Assembly (NCBI GenBank): GCA_965197925.1
Contig: CBDAOC010000020.1
Span: 320,001 to 384,000, forward strand
DNA: 64,000 nt
Direction of reading: 5' to 3'
Origin: Nitrososphaerales archaeon
Lineage (GTDB): Archaea; Thermoproteota; Nitrososphaeria; Nitrososphaerales; UBA213
Numbering within the stretch: the stretch's first letter is position 1; each line of letters starts with the position of its first letter. The notes beneath the pieces were generated by a model. That model was not told the DNA's origin, did not search any database, and saw only the letters and a program-made list of their open reading frames with translations. Position numbers and translations under genes: made by a program. Shown piece by piece: positions 9,195 to 20,658 of the stretch.

Positions 9195-11513
9195 ATGGAA
9201 GCAAAAATAAAGGAAAAGACTTGGGATCCCCTTATCGAGCAAAGCATCCTTAAGAGATGGGAATATGAGAATTTACACAAATTTGATGTAAATGCAGGTA
9301 AACCATTTGTAATCGATACACCTCCACCTTATCCCTCTGGCAGACCATGGCACATAGGAGCTGCTGCGCACTATGCGCAGATTGACATGATTGCTAGGAT
9401 TTCAAGAATGTTGGGTAACAATGTCCTGTTTCCCATTGGAATAGATAGAAATGGTCTACCTGTTGAGATTTACACCGAAAAAAAGTATAAGATAAGCATG
9501 CGGCATACTGAGCGAGAAAAGTTTCTGGAGCTTTGCAAATCTGCCTTGGACGATCTTGAAGCAGAAATGATACAAATCATGAAGAATATGGGGCTTAGCA
9601 ATGATTTTGGTAAGTACTACCGTACGGACTCTGATGAATTTAGGGCTCTAACACAGTCAACATTCATTGAACTATGGAACAGAGGTTTGGTTTATGAATC
9701 AAACAGACCAAACAATTATTGCAATCTCTGTGGATCGACAATAGCGGATGCCGAAGTTGCTCACCAGGAAATAGAATCAAGGTTAGTACACATTAAGTTT
9801 GGGTTAAATGAGAAAAAAACCGATTTGGTAATTGCAACCACTAGGCCTGAACTCTTATGCTCCTGTCGGGCCGTGATAGTAAACCCTGCAGATGAAAGGT
9901 ATAAGGATATACATGGAATGCATGCTGTACTACCATTATTCGATAGAGAAGTTGAGGTAAAAGCCCATCCGGCTGCCAAACCAGAGTTCGGTTCTGGTGT
10001 TGTAATGATATGTAGTTATGGTGATCATACAGACGTACAATTGATAAGGGAATTCGGATTGGAGGAAATAGTTGCCGTGAATGAAAATGGCAAAATGACC
10101 CAAAATGCCAAACAGTATGCCGATTTGAAGGTCTCCAAGGCAAGGGATCAAGTAATAGAGGATTTGAGAAGCAAAGGTCTTGTCGTAAAGGAAGAGAAGA
10201 TAATGCACAGTACACCGATCTGTGAGAGACATAAAACTCCAATTGAGATCATTCCAATGAAGGAGTATTATGTGAAGCAGATTGATTTTGTTCCAGCATT
10301 AAGAGAATTCTCGAACAAGATGAGGTTTCATCCCGGTATGCATAAGCATATTTTTCTGAACTGGCTGGACTCCATAACGATAGACTGGCCAGTGTCGAGA
10401 CGAAGATTCTATGGGACAGAAATTCCTATATGGTATTGCAAAAAATGCGAAAAGCCCAACTTGCCTGAACCTGGCAAATACTACAAACCTTGGAAAGAGG
10501 ATCCCCCCTTCAGGTGTTGCAGATATTGTAATGGTACGGAGTTCATTGGTGATGATAGGACATTCGATACTTGGATGGATTCTAGCATTTCACCTTTGTT
10601 CATTACAAGATACAAAAGGGATGAACAATTCTTTAATGCAACCTACCCTGCCACTCTAAGACCCCAAGCCAAAGATATAGTCAGGACATGGTTGCACTAT
10701 ACAGTGTTACGATGTTACCAGTTGACTGACAAAGCACCATTTGAGAAGGTGTGGATAATGGGATATGGCGTTGATGAAAAGGGAGAAAGAATGAGCAAAA
10801 GTAGAGGCAATGTGATAGATCCATTTCCGATAATTAAAAAATACGGTGCAGATACCTTCAGGTTCTGGAGTGCAAGTGAAGTCAATTTGGGTTATGATTT
10901 TCGTTGCTCCGAACTAAAGATAGCTGGTACACAAAAATTTTTAACTAAATTATGGAACATAGCCAGATTCATCTCAACATTCCCGTTGCAGAATATGGCA
11001 ACCATTTATCCTAGTGATAAATGGATCCTAGGTGAATTATCGTCCTTGATTGAACAGTGTAGAAAGGGATATGAGGAATTGAACTTCTTCATTCCCGCTA
11101 CAGCAATAAGAGAATTTACATGGAACGTTTTTGCTGCACATTATGTAGAAATGGTGAAGGCAAGATCTTATGGATTGGGATTCGATGATGAGGAGAAAAA
11201 AGCGGGATGGTACACTTTACACAAGTCTTTCTCTACTATATTGATCCTGCTATCACCTATCATCCCATTCATAACAGATCATTTGTGGCGTTCACTGTAC
11301 TCACACGAAAGTATACACAAGCAGAAATTCCCAGAACAGATCGGCTATACGGAACTAGCAAATTATACGAAACAAATTTCAGAATTCAATTCTTCCATAT
11401 GGAATAGCAAAAAGGAGAAGGGAATGTCTCTAAAGGAACCCATAAACATTAGTATCCCAAGTGATCTGGAATTATTCCAAAAAGATCTGGTGCCAATGCA
11501 TAACATAAAATAA
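9195..11513 (+). CDS. valS: Valine--tRNA ligase
   Basis: DTPPPYPSG, HIGA, ATTRPE, DWPVSRRR, FDTWMDSS, RMSKS. Confidence 0.96.
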   Translation: MEAKIKEKTWDPLIEQSILKRWEYENLHKFDVNAGKPFVIDTPPPYPSGRPWHIGAAAHYAQIDMIARISRMLGNNVLFPIGIDRNGLPVEIYTEKKYKISMRHTEREKFLELCKSALDDLEAEMIQIMKNMGLSNDFGKYYRTDSDEFRALTQSTFIELWNRGLVYESNRPNNYCNLCGSTIADAEVAHQEIESRLVHIKFGLNEKKTDLVIATTRPELLCSCRAVIVNPADERYKDIHGMHAVLPLFDREVEVKAHPAAKPEFGSGVVMICSYGDHTDVQLIREFGLEEIVAVNENGKMTQNAKQYADLKVSKARDQVIEDLRSKGLVVKEEKIMHSTPICERHKTPIEIIPMKEYYVKQIDFVPALREFSNKMRFHPGMHKHIFLNWLDSITIDWPVSRRRFYGTEIPIWYCKKCEKPNLPEPGKYYKPWKEDPPFRCCRYCNGTEFIGDDRTFDTWMDSSISPLFITRYKRDEQFFNATYPATLRPQAKDIVRTWLHYTVLRCYQLTDKAPFEKVWIMGYGVDEKGERMSKSRGNVIDPFPIIKKYGADTFRFWSASEVNLGYDFRCSELKIAGTQKFLTKLWNIARFISTFPLQNMATIYPSDKWILGELSSLIEQCRKGYEELNFFIPATAIREFTWNVFAAHYVEMVKARSYGLGFDDEEKKAGWYTLHKSFSTILILLSPIIPFITDHLWRSLYSHESIHKQKFPEQIGYTELANYTKQISEFNSSIWNSKKEKGMSLKEPINISIPSDLELFQKDLVPMHNIK

Positions 11514-11557
11514 CTTAAGCAGCAATACTGATTTAGTACGACCATATTAGATTCTAT

Positions 11558-12586
11558 GTGAAGGCAACTGTTATACATGAACATGGGGGCACAGATAAAT
11601 TAATTTATCAAGAAATCAATACCCCAAAACCTTCCAAGGAGGGTGTATTGGTCAAGGTTATGACCTGTGCTGTGAACCATCTGGATATATGGATCAGAAA
11701 AGGACTACCAGGTAAAACTCTACAGTTCCCTCACATACTTGGTTGCGATATTGTTGGTGAAATTGAAAGCCGGAACAAAAATATCCCAATTGGGAACAGG
11801 GTCATGGTATATCCTGGACTTAGCTGTGGTAAATGTTTCTATTGTAGGAAATCAAAAGAAAATCTGTGCAACAAGTTTTCGATTATCGGCGGTTTCAGCA
11901 ATATTCATGGTGGTTACGCAGAATGCGTTAGAGTTCCATTAAGGAACATTGTAAAGGTACCTTCATGGTTGACTTTTGATGAAGCTGCGTGTCTAGGAGT
12001 ATCCTATCTAGTTTCATGGAATATGTTGAAAAGTGCTAATGTAGGTAGAGGAACAACCTTGCTTGTATACGGTGCAGGCAGTGGTGTAGGTTCAGCTACG
12101 ATACAGCTCGCAAGGGCAAGGGGTGCAAAGGTTATCACAACTGTAGGTGATAAAGGGAAAATTGCCTTGGCAAAAAAGCATGGGACGGCGTCTGTTATTA
12201 ATAGAATGAAGAATGATATTGTTAAAGAAGTTATGAGTCTAACTGGAAACGGTGTTGATGTAGTTATAGATCACGTTGGTGCAAACACTTGGATGACCAG
12301 TCTTAGATGCCTGAAGATTGGAGGTACATTGGCAGTATGTGGTGCTACTTCGGGTGAAACCACTGCCGTAGAGATCAGAACAGTGTACAACAAACAATTA
12401 TCAATCATAGGAGCATACTTGGGAAGAAAAAACGAATTGATAGAAATGATGTCATTCATGCAGGCAAAAAAGATCAAGCCAATCATAGATTCCAAATATA
12501 GGTTAAGCGAAGCTGCGAAAGCCCATGAGAGAATGGAGAACAGTGACCATTTCGGAAAAATACTCTTGAAATGTCAGAACTATTAG
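11558..12586 (+). CDS. Zn-binding medium-chain dehydrogenase / quinone oxidoreductase family
   Basis: VNHLD, PHILGCD, CGKCFYC...C, GAGSGVG, HFGKILL. Confidence 0.88.
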   Translation: MKATVIHEHGGTDKLIYQEINTPKPSKEGVLVKVMTCAVNHLDIWIRKGLPGKTLQFPHILGCDIVGEIESRNKNIPIGNRVMVYPGLSCGKCFYCRKSKENLCNKFSIIGGFSNIHGGYAECVRVPLRNIVKVPSWLTFDEAACLGVSYLVSWNMLKSANVGRGTTLLVYGAGSGVGSATIQLARARGAKVITTVGDKGKIALAKKHGTASVINRMKNDIVKEVMSLTGNGVDVVIDHVGANTWMTSLRCLKIGGTLAVCGATSGETTAVEIRTVYNKQLSIIGAYLGRKNELIEMMSFMQAKKIKPIIDSKYRLSEAAKAHERMENSDHFGKILLKCQNY

Positions 12587-12782
12587 AAATATGCTTTTCT
12601 ATTTATTCCCTGTACATTATCCCATACATATCCAAATATAACTAGTGTTTAGTTCCTTCATTAAATGGAAAGTAAGGGCAGTTTCTTCCAGCTAAAACTG
12701 TAATATTTAGACATAAGCACTTTTCATATTCTTTTGGGCTAAAATCATTAGACTCATTTTGGACCTAGGAAAGGGTGTTACA

Positions 12783-14507
12783 TCATTTTAGACTCTGTAA
12801 TAATTTGTCTGCGGGTAAAGTATTAAGAATATCAGAATCTTCAGCCCAGCCTCGTCTTGCCTGCCCTATACCAAAAGTTAAGAATTTATAGTGAAATGGA
12901 TGGTGAGCATCTGAATCAATTACCAGTTTAACCCCATTTTTCACCGCCATTTTTACATACTCATCCTTTAAATCAAGCCTGTTGTAGTGCGCATCTATCT
13001 CGAGTGTAGTATTAGTATCCCTTGCCACTTCAATTACCTTCTCCATCTCTACGGGATATCCTTCCCTTTTGTTGATCAATCTTCCGGTAGGATGAAATAA
13101 TACGTCAACACTAGGATTTTTTGCTGCTGTTATCAATCTTTCAGTTTGGACTTCAATGGACTGCTTAAAATTGTAATGGATGGAAGCACCTACTAGATCC
13201 AATTTGTCAAGCACATTATTTGAAATATCAAGTGAACCATCCTTCAATATGTTTACTTCGGCAGCAGATAATATCCTAAAATCAAGTTTATCATTAAGCT
13301 CGGCAATCTTGTTGGCCTGCTCCAACAATTGTTTTTCATCAAGCCCATGTGTTATTGCAAGGCTTTTCGTGTGATCAGTAATAGCAATATAATCCAGTCC
13401 AATTTCTCGTTTTGCGGCTAAAGCCATCTCCTCTATTGACATTGTCCCATCGGTGCTGTTGCTGTGGACCTGCAGATCGCCCTTCAAACTTCCATATTCA
13501 ACCAATTTTGGTAGCTTAGAGTTATTTGCAAAGTTAACTTCACCATTATTTTCACGCATCTCCGGAGGTATCCAATCTAATCCTATTGCTCGGTAAACTT
13601 CTTCTTCAGTTCCTCCTCCAATACACTGCCCATCATTCTTGAAAACCCCCCATTCGTTAAGACTAAGACCTTTTGCAGTTGCTCTCTTCTGAATTTCCTC
13701 TACGTGTTCTGCGCTCCCAGTGAAATTGTGAAGAGCGGAACCGAGACTTTCCTCGGGGACTATCAAAAGATCTACGATTATTCCATTTTTCAATTGCAAA
13801 GATGCTCTGTTCGATCCCCTCTTCAATATTCTTTGAACTTCGGGTATGCTATTGGAAGAGTCTATTACCTTTTCCGGATCTTGCGAGATCACCACATAAT
13901 CCATATCATGTATAATTTCTTTCATTCTCCTAACCGACCCAACAACTGCGGCTTCTTTAACTCCCTCAATCTTTGACAGATACAATTCCATTTCTCTGAC
14001 CAATGGATAAACCTCACCCAGAATGTACTGACCCCTAGATTTCTTGATGAACAAAATATTTTCCAAAGTAGCTTGTACCTTTTTCGCAGAAAATCCACGA
14101 ACGGTATGAAGCTTTCCTTCGGACGCTACCTTTTCTAGATCAATCAAATTCTTGACCTTTAGTTTGTCATATAATATCTTGATGGTTTTCGGACCTATTC
14201 CCTCTATACTAGACAGCTCATCAATCTTAATTGGGATCTTTGTTCTCAGTTCCTCAAGATGCATGATTTTTCCTGTTGTTAAACATTCTTCAATTTTTGA
14301 AGCAACGGCTTTTCCAACGGATGGAATCTCAAGCAATCCTTTCAGTCCTTTGTTTCGGTATATATCCTCAATATTTGAAGATAAATCTGTAATCGCATCT
14401 GCAGCGCTATGATATGCCCTAGCTTTGAAGGAGGCATTAACATCTTCTTCTACTTCAGTAAGTAATCCTAGTTCATGCAAGATCTTGGCGATAAGATGGT
14501 TCTCCAC
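12783..14507 (-). CDS. polX: DNA polymerase X family with PHP domain
   Basis: HhH motifs (IPSVGK, IEGIGPK), GSVRR..DMD...VDL, FTGS, WIPPEMRE; PHP motifs DLQVHS, ITDH, DSDAH. Confidence 0.93.
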   Translation of the reverse strand: MENHLIAKILHELGLLTEVEEDVNASFKARAYHSAADAITDLSSNIEDIYRNKGLKGLLEIPSVGKAVASKIEECLTTGKIMHLEELRTKIPIKIDELSSIEGIGPKTIKILYDKLKVKNLIDLEKVASEGKLHTVRGFSAKKVQATLENILFIKKSRGQYILGEVYPLVREMELYLSKIEGVKEAAVVGSVRRMKEIIHDMDYVVISQDPEKVIDSSNSIPEVQRILKRGSNRASLQLKNGIIVDLLIVPEESLGSALHNFTGSAEHVEEIQKRATAKGLSLNEWGVFKNDGQCIGGGTEEEVYRAIGLDWIPPEMRENNGEVNFANNSKLPKLVEYGSLKGDLQVHSNSTDGTMSIEEMALAAKREIGLDYIAITDHTKSLAITHGLDEKQLLEQANKIAELNDKLDFRILSAAEVNILKDGSLDISNNVLDKLDLVGASIHYNFKQSIEVQTERLITAAKNPSVDVLFHPTGRLINKREGYPVEMEKVIEVARDTNTTLEIDAHYNRLDLKDEYVKMAVKNGVKLVIDSDAHHPFHYKFLTFGIGQARRGWAEDSDILNTLPADKLLQSLK

Positions 14508-14772
14508 ATTCTAAATAGCTAAAGATATAGTTCTTATTGTTATCTATTAATACACCCGTCATAAACCCGAATTCAAATGCGTATATCTTTATTCAAAGGA
14601 AATTGAAAATTTCTGCAGCACCTCATTTTAATGACTTTGCCATAAGTAGATTCTATACCATATTCATGGCTGGTTGAGGTTAAAAAAGAATACATTATCG
14701 AACTCAATTACCAATGAATTTACGGACCTTTTCTATCATCACAAATTTAGAAATAAATTCAGGCATCTAATA

Positions 14773-15393
14773 TTACTTTGTATACTCAGCTACTAGACTT
14801 GTAAAAAGTTTGTGGAATCTTGCATCGTTTGACAATTCTGGATGGAATGAAGTTACTATAACATTTCCCTGTTTTACACCAACTATTTTGTTGTTCAAGG
14901 TCGCAATTGCATCGACAGAGTTCTTCACTTCAGTAACTACCGGCGATCGGATAAAAACACCGTTGAATTTTTCTTTTCCGATCAAAGGTATCTCCATTTC
15001 AGCTTCAAACGAGTTATTCTGCCTTCCAAAAGCATTTCTTTCTATAGTGATATCCAAAATGCTGAGTAGTTCTTGTGTTGTTTCCCCTACAATTTTGTCG
15101 TAAGCACGTGTAGCAAGCATAATCATACCAGCACATATCCCCATAACGGGCATCCCTTGCTTCACCCTATCTTTTATCACCTGTGTTGCACCGCTTAATT
15201 TCGCCAGAGTTCCAATAACGGTGCTCTCTCCGCCAGGCAGAATCAGACCATCAATACTTGAGATTTCATCTACATATTTTACCGGTGTGACTCTTCCCTT
15301 AATTCCGAGTTCACTTAACGCTAGGTCCGTTGCAGAAAGGTTTTCCTCGACATCTCCTTGGATGGCAAGTATACCTATTTCCACCTGCTTCAT
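14773..15393 (-). CDS. pdxT: PLP synthase glutaminase subunit
   Basis: LAIQG, LPGGEST, GICAGMI, RNAFGRQ, FHPEL. Confidence 0.96.
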   Translation of the reverse strand: MKQVEIGILAIQGDVEENLSATDLALSELGIKGRVTPVKYVDEISSIDGLILPGGESTVIGTLAKLSGATQVIKDRVKQGMPVMGICAGMIMLATRAYDKIVGETTQELLSILDITIERNAFGRQNNSFEAEMEIPLIGKEKFNGVFIRSPVVTEVKNSVDAIATLNNKIVGVKQGNVIVTSFHPELSNDARFHKLFTSLVAEYTK

Positions 15394-16358
15394 GCGTTGC
15401 CTCCTCTTTCCTGCATCCTAAGATCAAGGTTCGTCGTATCCATTCCTAACATGGATTTCTTTTCATCAACCATCTTCTGGGCTTCCATTACTTGCTTAGG
15501 GTCATCATAATATGTGGTAGCTATCACAACTGCCCTTGCCCTTTCGGCAGGATCATCCGCTTTGAATATCCCAGAACCGACAAACACCCCATCACAGCCA
15601 AGATTCATAAGAAATGCTGCGTCTGCCGGTGTTGAAATGCCGCCTGCTGCAAAATTTACTAAAGGCAATCTTCCGAGCTTGGCAGTCTCTTCAACATAAA
15701 CATATGATACTCTCAGTTCTCTTGAAGCCTTGACCAATTCTTGTATATCACCAGATTCGTGAATAGACTTTATTCTCCTGATTTCATTGTTAACAAGCTT
15801 GATGTGCTTGACAGCTTCTGCAACATTCCCAGTGCCAGGTTCACCTTTGGTCCTTATCATAGAACATCCCTCCTCCATTCGTCTCAACGCCTCACCAAGA
15901 TTTCTAGCGCCATTAACGAATGGTAGAGTAAAATCCCACTTCCATATGTGCCGTTCTTCATCTGCCGGGGTAAGAACTTCGGATTCATCGATCATATCAA
16001 CACAGCTGGCCTCAAGAATTCTTGCCTCATAAACATGTCCTATCCTACACTTTGCCATCATTGGAATGGTGATATTGTCCCTTATCTCTTCGATAACTTT
16101 GATGCTTGCAGTTCTTGCAACACCACCTGCTTTCCTAACATCAAATGGTAACTTGTCAAGTACCATTACCGCAACCGCACCCGCGTCTTCGGCAATTTGT
16201 GCCTGTTCAATATTAGTAACATCCATGATTACGCCATGCTTCTGCATGTGTGCAAAGCCACGCTTTACTAGAGTAGTTCCCTTCCTTACTGGACTGCTTT
16301 CCAAGTTTTCCAATTTGATGCCCTTTGGTTGCAATTCAGTTGATAGTAGAGATATCAT
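15390..16358 (-). CDS. pdxS: PLP synthase lyase subunit
   Basis: [42 protein letters not shown]. Confidence 0.97.
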   Translation of the reverse strand: MISLLSTELQPKGIKLENLESSPVRKGTTLVKRGFAHMQKHGVIMDVTNIEQAQIAEDAGAVAVMVLDKLPFDVRKAGGVARTASIKVIEEIRDNITIPMMAKCRIGHVYEARILEASCVDMIDESEVLTPADEERHIWKWDFTLPFVNGARNLGEALRRMEEGCSMIRTKGEPGTGNVAEAVKHIKLVNNEIRRIKSIHESGDIQELVKASRELRVSYVYVEETAKLGRLPLVNFAAGGISTPADAAFLMNLGCDGVFVGSGIFKADDPAERARAVVIATTYYDDPKQVMEAQKMVDEKKSMLGMDTTNLDLRMQERGGNA

Positions 16359-16417
16359 AATCTAGCGATCTCCTAATACCATATTTACGTTTAACTTTAT
16401 TGGAGGAGTTTTCTACA

Positions 16418-16954
16418 TTATCCACTTTTTTGTCCATATTTTTCATAGTAGGTTATGTCTTCCAAGAAAATTCGTTCTAACTTTTCCGGAGGTTCATCAC
16501 TATATCCAATAGGTATGATCCCTATCGGTCTGACATGTTTGGGTAGTTTCAGTATTTTTCCCACTTTTTCATCTTGAAATGCGCCAACAAAGCAGGCTGC
16601 CAATCCTTCGTTCACAGCCGAAAGGAGAATTAGCATAGAGACAAAAGCCCCATCAATGATGCTGTAGAAGTTAACTCCTCTATCACCATACCTCTTTACA
16701 ACCCCTGTCTGTATTCGCACATACAGCAATAACTACTGGTGCTTTTGCTATGAAGTCTTGACCAACTGCCGCTTCTACAAGTTTGGCTTTTGTTATGTCA
16801 TCCTTTACAATTATGAATTCTTTTGCTGTAAAAACCCTGCTCTTGGAGCCCTATAGACATTTTTGAGCAGATTATTTATCATTACATCTTCAATCTCCTT
16901 AACCTTAAATGATCGCACCATTCTCCTCTTCTTGAGAAGCTGATCGAAATCCAT
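16418..16954 (-). pseudogene. Nitroreductase family protein, two frameshifts
   Basis: ATG at 16954 gives MDFDQLLKKRRMVRSF...RAPRAG; EFIIVKD...APVVIAVCA follows in another frame; ORF 16418-16729 carries AVNEGLAACFVGAF and IPIGY. Confidence 0.8.
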
Positions 16955-17567
16955 TATTACAATCATGTTGTATTGGGTTCAATATGTTTTCTCGCATCAG
17001 TCTTTTGAAGGAAATTGAATTCGCTTGTTGGGTTAAGGGGTTGAGACAGAAGGCAAGCATTCGGGGTTTCTCAGATTTATCCATTATGGGTTGTTGATTT
17101 AGCCATCTATAGAATTGGAGGAATTCCTTCTAGTGTAGTTTCCTCTCATCCATTCAAGTATACCCTTGATCACCTTTCCGCTATTATGGTTACAAGAATG
17201 AATCAAAGTGTGAAATTGGAAGTTTGTGGGAGAAATGTCAGTACATCTTCTGGTGTAAACCCTACCCTACCAAAGGGATATTCTAAACTTGTGAATATCT
17301 AAATTCATCCTCTTCACAATTGCGTTGGTAAGCCAAGTATGACGCTACATCGAATCCAGATGGGAGAGTAGGGATATATCTCCTAGTTTTATAAATAGGG
17401 AATGCCTTGGTCATTTTTCTCTATTGACTAATTTTGCCCTAAAGTTGTTGGACGGCAGAAATCCCTTACTTTCCTTCACATTGGATGCGCTCATCTTGGA
17501 GTGACAAGTATTTTATCATTACAAACCTCTCTTTGACGAATCTCAGTACAAATAACAACAAACAAAA

Positions 17568-17605
17568 TTGATTATGGTATTAGATTTTGATTATGGTATT
17601 AGATT
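17568..17605. repeat. Perfect 19-bp tandem duplication (TTGATTATGGTATTAGATT x2) upstream of phaE
   Basis: Read directly from the sequence. Confidence 0.9.
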
Positions 17606-17660
17606 CCTTGAAAAGTTATTACTTGGCAAGTGGTATAAGAATTATGGAAGGTGGTAGTTA

Positions 17661-18266
17661 GTGACAGACGATCAGTCCAAATCTAATGATAAGGGTAATT
17701 CTGACACATTAAGAAATATGATCGATTCTTGGGTTGATACACTCAGGTGGATACAAAATAGAGCTCCTTACGCGCCAACTATAGGGCCTGCAGCAGGTTT
17801 GCTTAAAAATTCAACTGCCGTAAATGCTGAACTAGCACATGCTGCAGAAGAACTCTATGAATTCAACAAAATTCTTGCCCAGTACTATGCAAAAGTTAAT
17901 TCCTCTTGGGTGGAATCAACTAGAGAGGTAATGACCAAATGTCCTATCGACATAACTGATGAAAAGTCACGGGAAGAGTTGAAGAAGATTTGGATAGACA
18001 CATTCGAAGATAAGTTTACAATTATGTTTGATTCAGAAGATTTTGCCATAATTTTTGGAGAGCTGATGAAACATGAAATTCAATTCAATATCCACACGCA
18101 GAAATTGGTTGAAATTTGTTCTAGAAACCTGAATATACCAACGCGAAGCGAGCTCGAAAGCGTTTATGTAGAAATTGAACGCATAAAGAAGAAACTCAAA
18201 GAAATTTCAGACGTAATAGAGGAAATATCTGAGGGGGAAAAGAAGGATATAGCGAAGGTGTTGTAA
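17661..18266 (+). CDS. phaE: Class III PHA synthase subunit PhaE
   Basis: IWIDTFEDKF..MFDSEDF, LNIPTRSELESVYVEI motif; directly upstream of phaC. Confidence 0.85.
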   Translation: MTDDQSKSNDKGNSDTLRNMIDSWVDTLRWIQNRAPYAPTIGPAAGLLKNSTAVNAELAHAAEELYEFNKILAQYYAKVNSSWVESTREVMTKCPIDITDEKSREELKKIWIDTFEDKFTIMFDSEDFAIIFGELMKHEIQFNIHTQKLVEICSRNLNIPTRSELESVYVEIERIKKKLKEISDVIEEISEGEKKDIAKVL

Positions 18267-18291
18267 TATTAGCTTTAGGAATTATTTAGAT

Positions 18292-19350
18292 ATGTTCTTT
18301 GCTATATTGGAGCAAATGCGAGGCTTCAACCAAGGTGTGTTGAAAGCTTCTGAATATGCAAATTCTATAGGGAACATCGATGTAGGAACAACGCCCGCCG
18401 ATGTCGTTCATCATGGTAGAAATCTTCGACTGTTGCATTATAAACCATTGGTCGAGAAGACCCATCCCATCCCGTTGTTGGTTGTTTATGCTCTAATAAA
18501 CCGATACTATGCATTGGATCTGCAGCCAGACAAGAGTTGGATCAGGGGTCTGTTGAATCATGGCTTTGACATTTACCTAATTGACTGGGGTTCACCACAG
18601 CCGATAGATCGATATCTAACATTTGACGATTATGTTAATCGATACTTGGATTATTTGGTAGATAAAATTAGTGATGCTTCTGGACAAGAAAAGATTTCAC
18701 TCCATGGATACTGTATGGGTGGTACTATGTCTGCTATGTATGCGTCACTTCATGGGGAAAAGGTCAAGAATCTATATCTAACATCACCTGTAATCGATGT
18801 GGAGAAAGATACCACGGTGTTGGGTAATCTTTCAAAGCATATAGATGCTGACTTGCTCGTAGATAATTTTGGCAATATTCCTCCAGAGTTCATGTATTTT
18901 TGTTATAGTATACTTAAACCATTCAAGCAGGGAGTAAGAAAGTACATGGATTTTGCCAACAAAGTAGGTGACAAGGGTTTTGTAGAAAACTTCTTACGTG
19001 TAGAGAAATGGCTTTACGATACACCAGCTATGGCCGGCGAAACATTCAGACAGTGGATTAAGGATATTTACCAGAAGAATCTGCTTGTGAAAAACCAATT
19101 GAAGCTTGGTGACAGAGTTGTTGATTTACGTAGGATTGATATGCCTTTGCTTACTGTAGTAGCTGAGGATGATCATCTAGTATCCCCCGAATGTAGTGTA
19201 CCGCTGAATTACATAGTTTCAAGCGAAGATAAGGAGCTAAAGGTTTATCCTACGGGTCATATAGGTTTGCTCGCAAGTGACTTCTCACAGAAGCAAATAA
19301 TACCAGAAGTTGCTACTTGGTTGAGAGAAAGATCATATAATCATTCCTAG
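18292..19350 (+). CDS. phaC: Class III PHA synthase subunit PhaC
   Basis: PLLVVYALINR, LDLQP, IDWG, GYCMGG (catalytic Cys), DHLV, GHIG. Confidence 0.95.
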   Translation: MFFAILEQMRGFNQGVLKASEYANSIGNIDVGTTPADVVHHGRNLRLLHYKPLVEKTHPIPLLVVYALINRYYALDLQPDKSWIRGLLNHGFDIYLIDWGSPQPIDRYLTFDDYVNRYLDYLVDKISDASGQEKISLHGYCMGGTMSAMYASLHGEKVKNLYLTSPVIDVEKDTTVLGNLSKHIDADLLVDNFGNIPPEFMYFCYSILKPFKQGVRKYMDFANKVGDKGFVENFLRVEKWLYDTPAMAGETFRQWIKDIYQKNLLVKNQLKLGDRVVDLRRIDMPLLTVVAEDDHLVSPECSVPLNYIVSSEDKELKVYPTGHIGLLASDFSQKQIIPEVATWLRERSYNHS

Positions 19351-19718
19351 GCTATCTCATTGGAATCAAAAATTTCCGATATAGAATTTGCAATTTCAAT
19401 AGCCTTGTTATTCTCGACATGGGGTTGTAGAGTTACCAATACTATAATTTGTCCTCGATAGAATGTCAGTTGCTTCAGCTTCTCTCTTTCAACAAAAGCC
19501 ATATGTGTCTTTCCATATAATTTGTTGAACATCTCATACATCTCCCTTCTTATTGCAATTTGGTTAAACCAGCGTTTTTGATGTATTTCTCCTTCGATTG
19601 ATTCAATACCTTCCCTCATACTTCCTTCGACTAACTTTCCAGATTTGTTTATCAGGCCTACAAACCTTATATTATTATCAATATCAAATATAGCACCTAA
19701 TAGCTGCTTATGATCCAC
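19347..19718 (-). CDS. Thaumarchaeal roadblock/longin-like small protein
   Basis: NIRFVGLINKSGKLVEGSMREG...VEREK pattern typical of an expanded thaumarchaeal family. Confidence 0.65.
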   Translation of the reverse strand: MDHKQLLGAIFDIDNNIRFVGLINKSGKLVEGSMREGIESIEGEIHQKRWFNQIAIRREMYEMFNKLYGKTHMAFVEREKLKQLTFYRGQIIVLVTLQPHVENNKAIEIANSISEIFDSNEIA

Positions 19719-19774
19719 ACCTAGATATGAACTGTAGAAATTAAAAAGCCTTTAAAAAAAATTGTTTTTACCAT

Positions 19775-20188
19775 CTAAGCTTTAGATGATACAAAAGTTT
19801 GCCATGTCTTTAACAAGTTCGCGTTTATCCTTGCAAATGTATCAATGCTAGTGCCAAAGGTTTTGACATTCTGTGTTGTTGCATCAACGCTTGCTATGAT
19901 TGCCTTGTTACCAATTGTTGCAGCCTTTAGGAAGGTATCAGCTACCTCGCTGGCATTTCTTACAAGACCAGTTGAAAATTTCGCTTGGCCCCATGTAGCA
20001 TTTGCAAATTCCTTCTGCGCAGTTATAGCAGATTCCGTAGTACTCTTGAATACATCGGTACATTCTTGCTGTAGGTTTGTAAGTGACTGTAGGTATGCTG
20101 GTTGCAATTTCGCGACTTCGTCAATTACATTAGCAACACTATCCTGATAAATATCAAAGGCATCTTTTTCTTGTCTTTTCTCACTCAA
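19775..20188 (-). CDS. Phasin-like amphipathic helical protein
   Basis: TTG start at 20188 preceded by GGAGGTGA; Ala/Thr/Gln-rich amphipathic helices; located in the PHA cluster. Confidence 0.6.
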   Translation of the reverse strand: MSEKRQEKDAFDIYQDSVANVIDEVAKLQPAYLQSLTNLQQECTDVFKSTTESAITAQKEFANATWGQAKFSTGLVRNASEVADTFLKAATIGNKAIIASVDATTQNVKTFGTSIDTFARINANLLKTWQTFVSSKA

Positions 20189-20543
20189 TAAATTCACCTC
20201 CCTGGTTAATTTGGAATTTCCGGGAATCATCTCTAGTCTTATTTCGCCCCTTCCCCTTTTCCAAAGGAACGATGATAACCTGAACAAGATCTCCATCTTC
20301 TATCTCCAAGGCCTCTCTCTCCGCTTCAGGTATGGATATTCTACCATTGCTCTGCACGGTTGCTTTGAATACAGCATTGAAATTTGTGATAGTCTGCAAG
20401 ATGTTCATGAATCCCTGCATTGTTTCGAACTGCATTGAGGCCATTCGTTTTAAGAATTCAGACTGTGTCTCAGCCCCACTCTTCAGTGCTTTCTTAAAGA
20501 GTGAGGAAGAATTTAATTCGTTTTGGTTCTCTTCTTGATTCAT
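20181..20543 (-). CDS. AbrB-domain regulator, haloarchaeal PhaR-like
   Basis: FKATVQSNGRISIPEAEREALEIEDGDLVQVII AbrB fold with a helical N-terminus; coupled to the phasin-like gene. Confidence 0.75.
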   Translation of the reverse strand: MNQEENQNELNSSSLFKKALKSGAETQSEFLKRMASMQFETMQGFMNILQTITNFNAVFKATVQSNGRISIPEAEREALEIEDGDLVQVIIVPLEKGKGRNKTRDDSRKFQINQGGEFIE

Positions 20544-20658
20544 GGTTTTGATTCCCTTATAATACCATTCAGAGGGATCATTAATAAATATTGTGGTTAT
20601 AAATGGTGTTCAAGACCATCTCCAACCAACATATTCCTATACTATATAGATAAAATGA

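Noticed and set aside
16980..17550. Possible IS200/IS605 or other gene remnant
   Set aside because: Only vague fragments; no convincing HUH motif, frame or element ends
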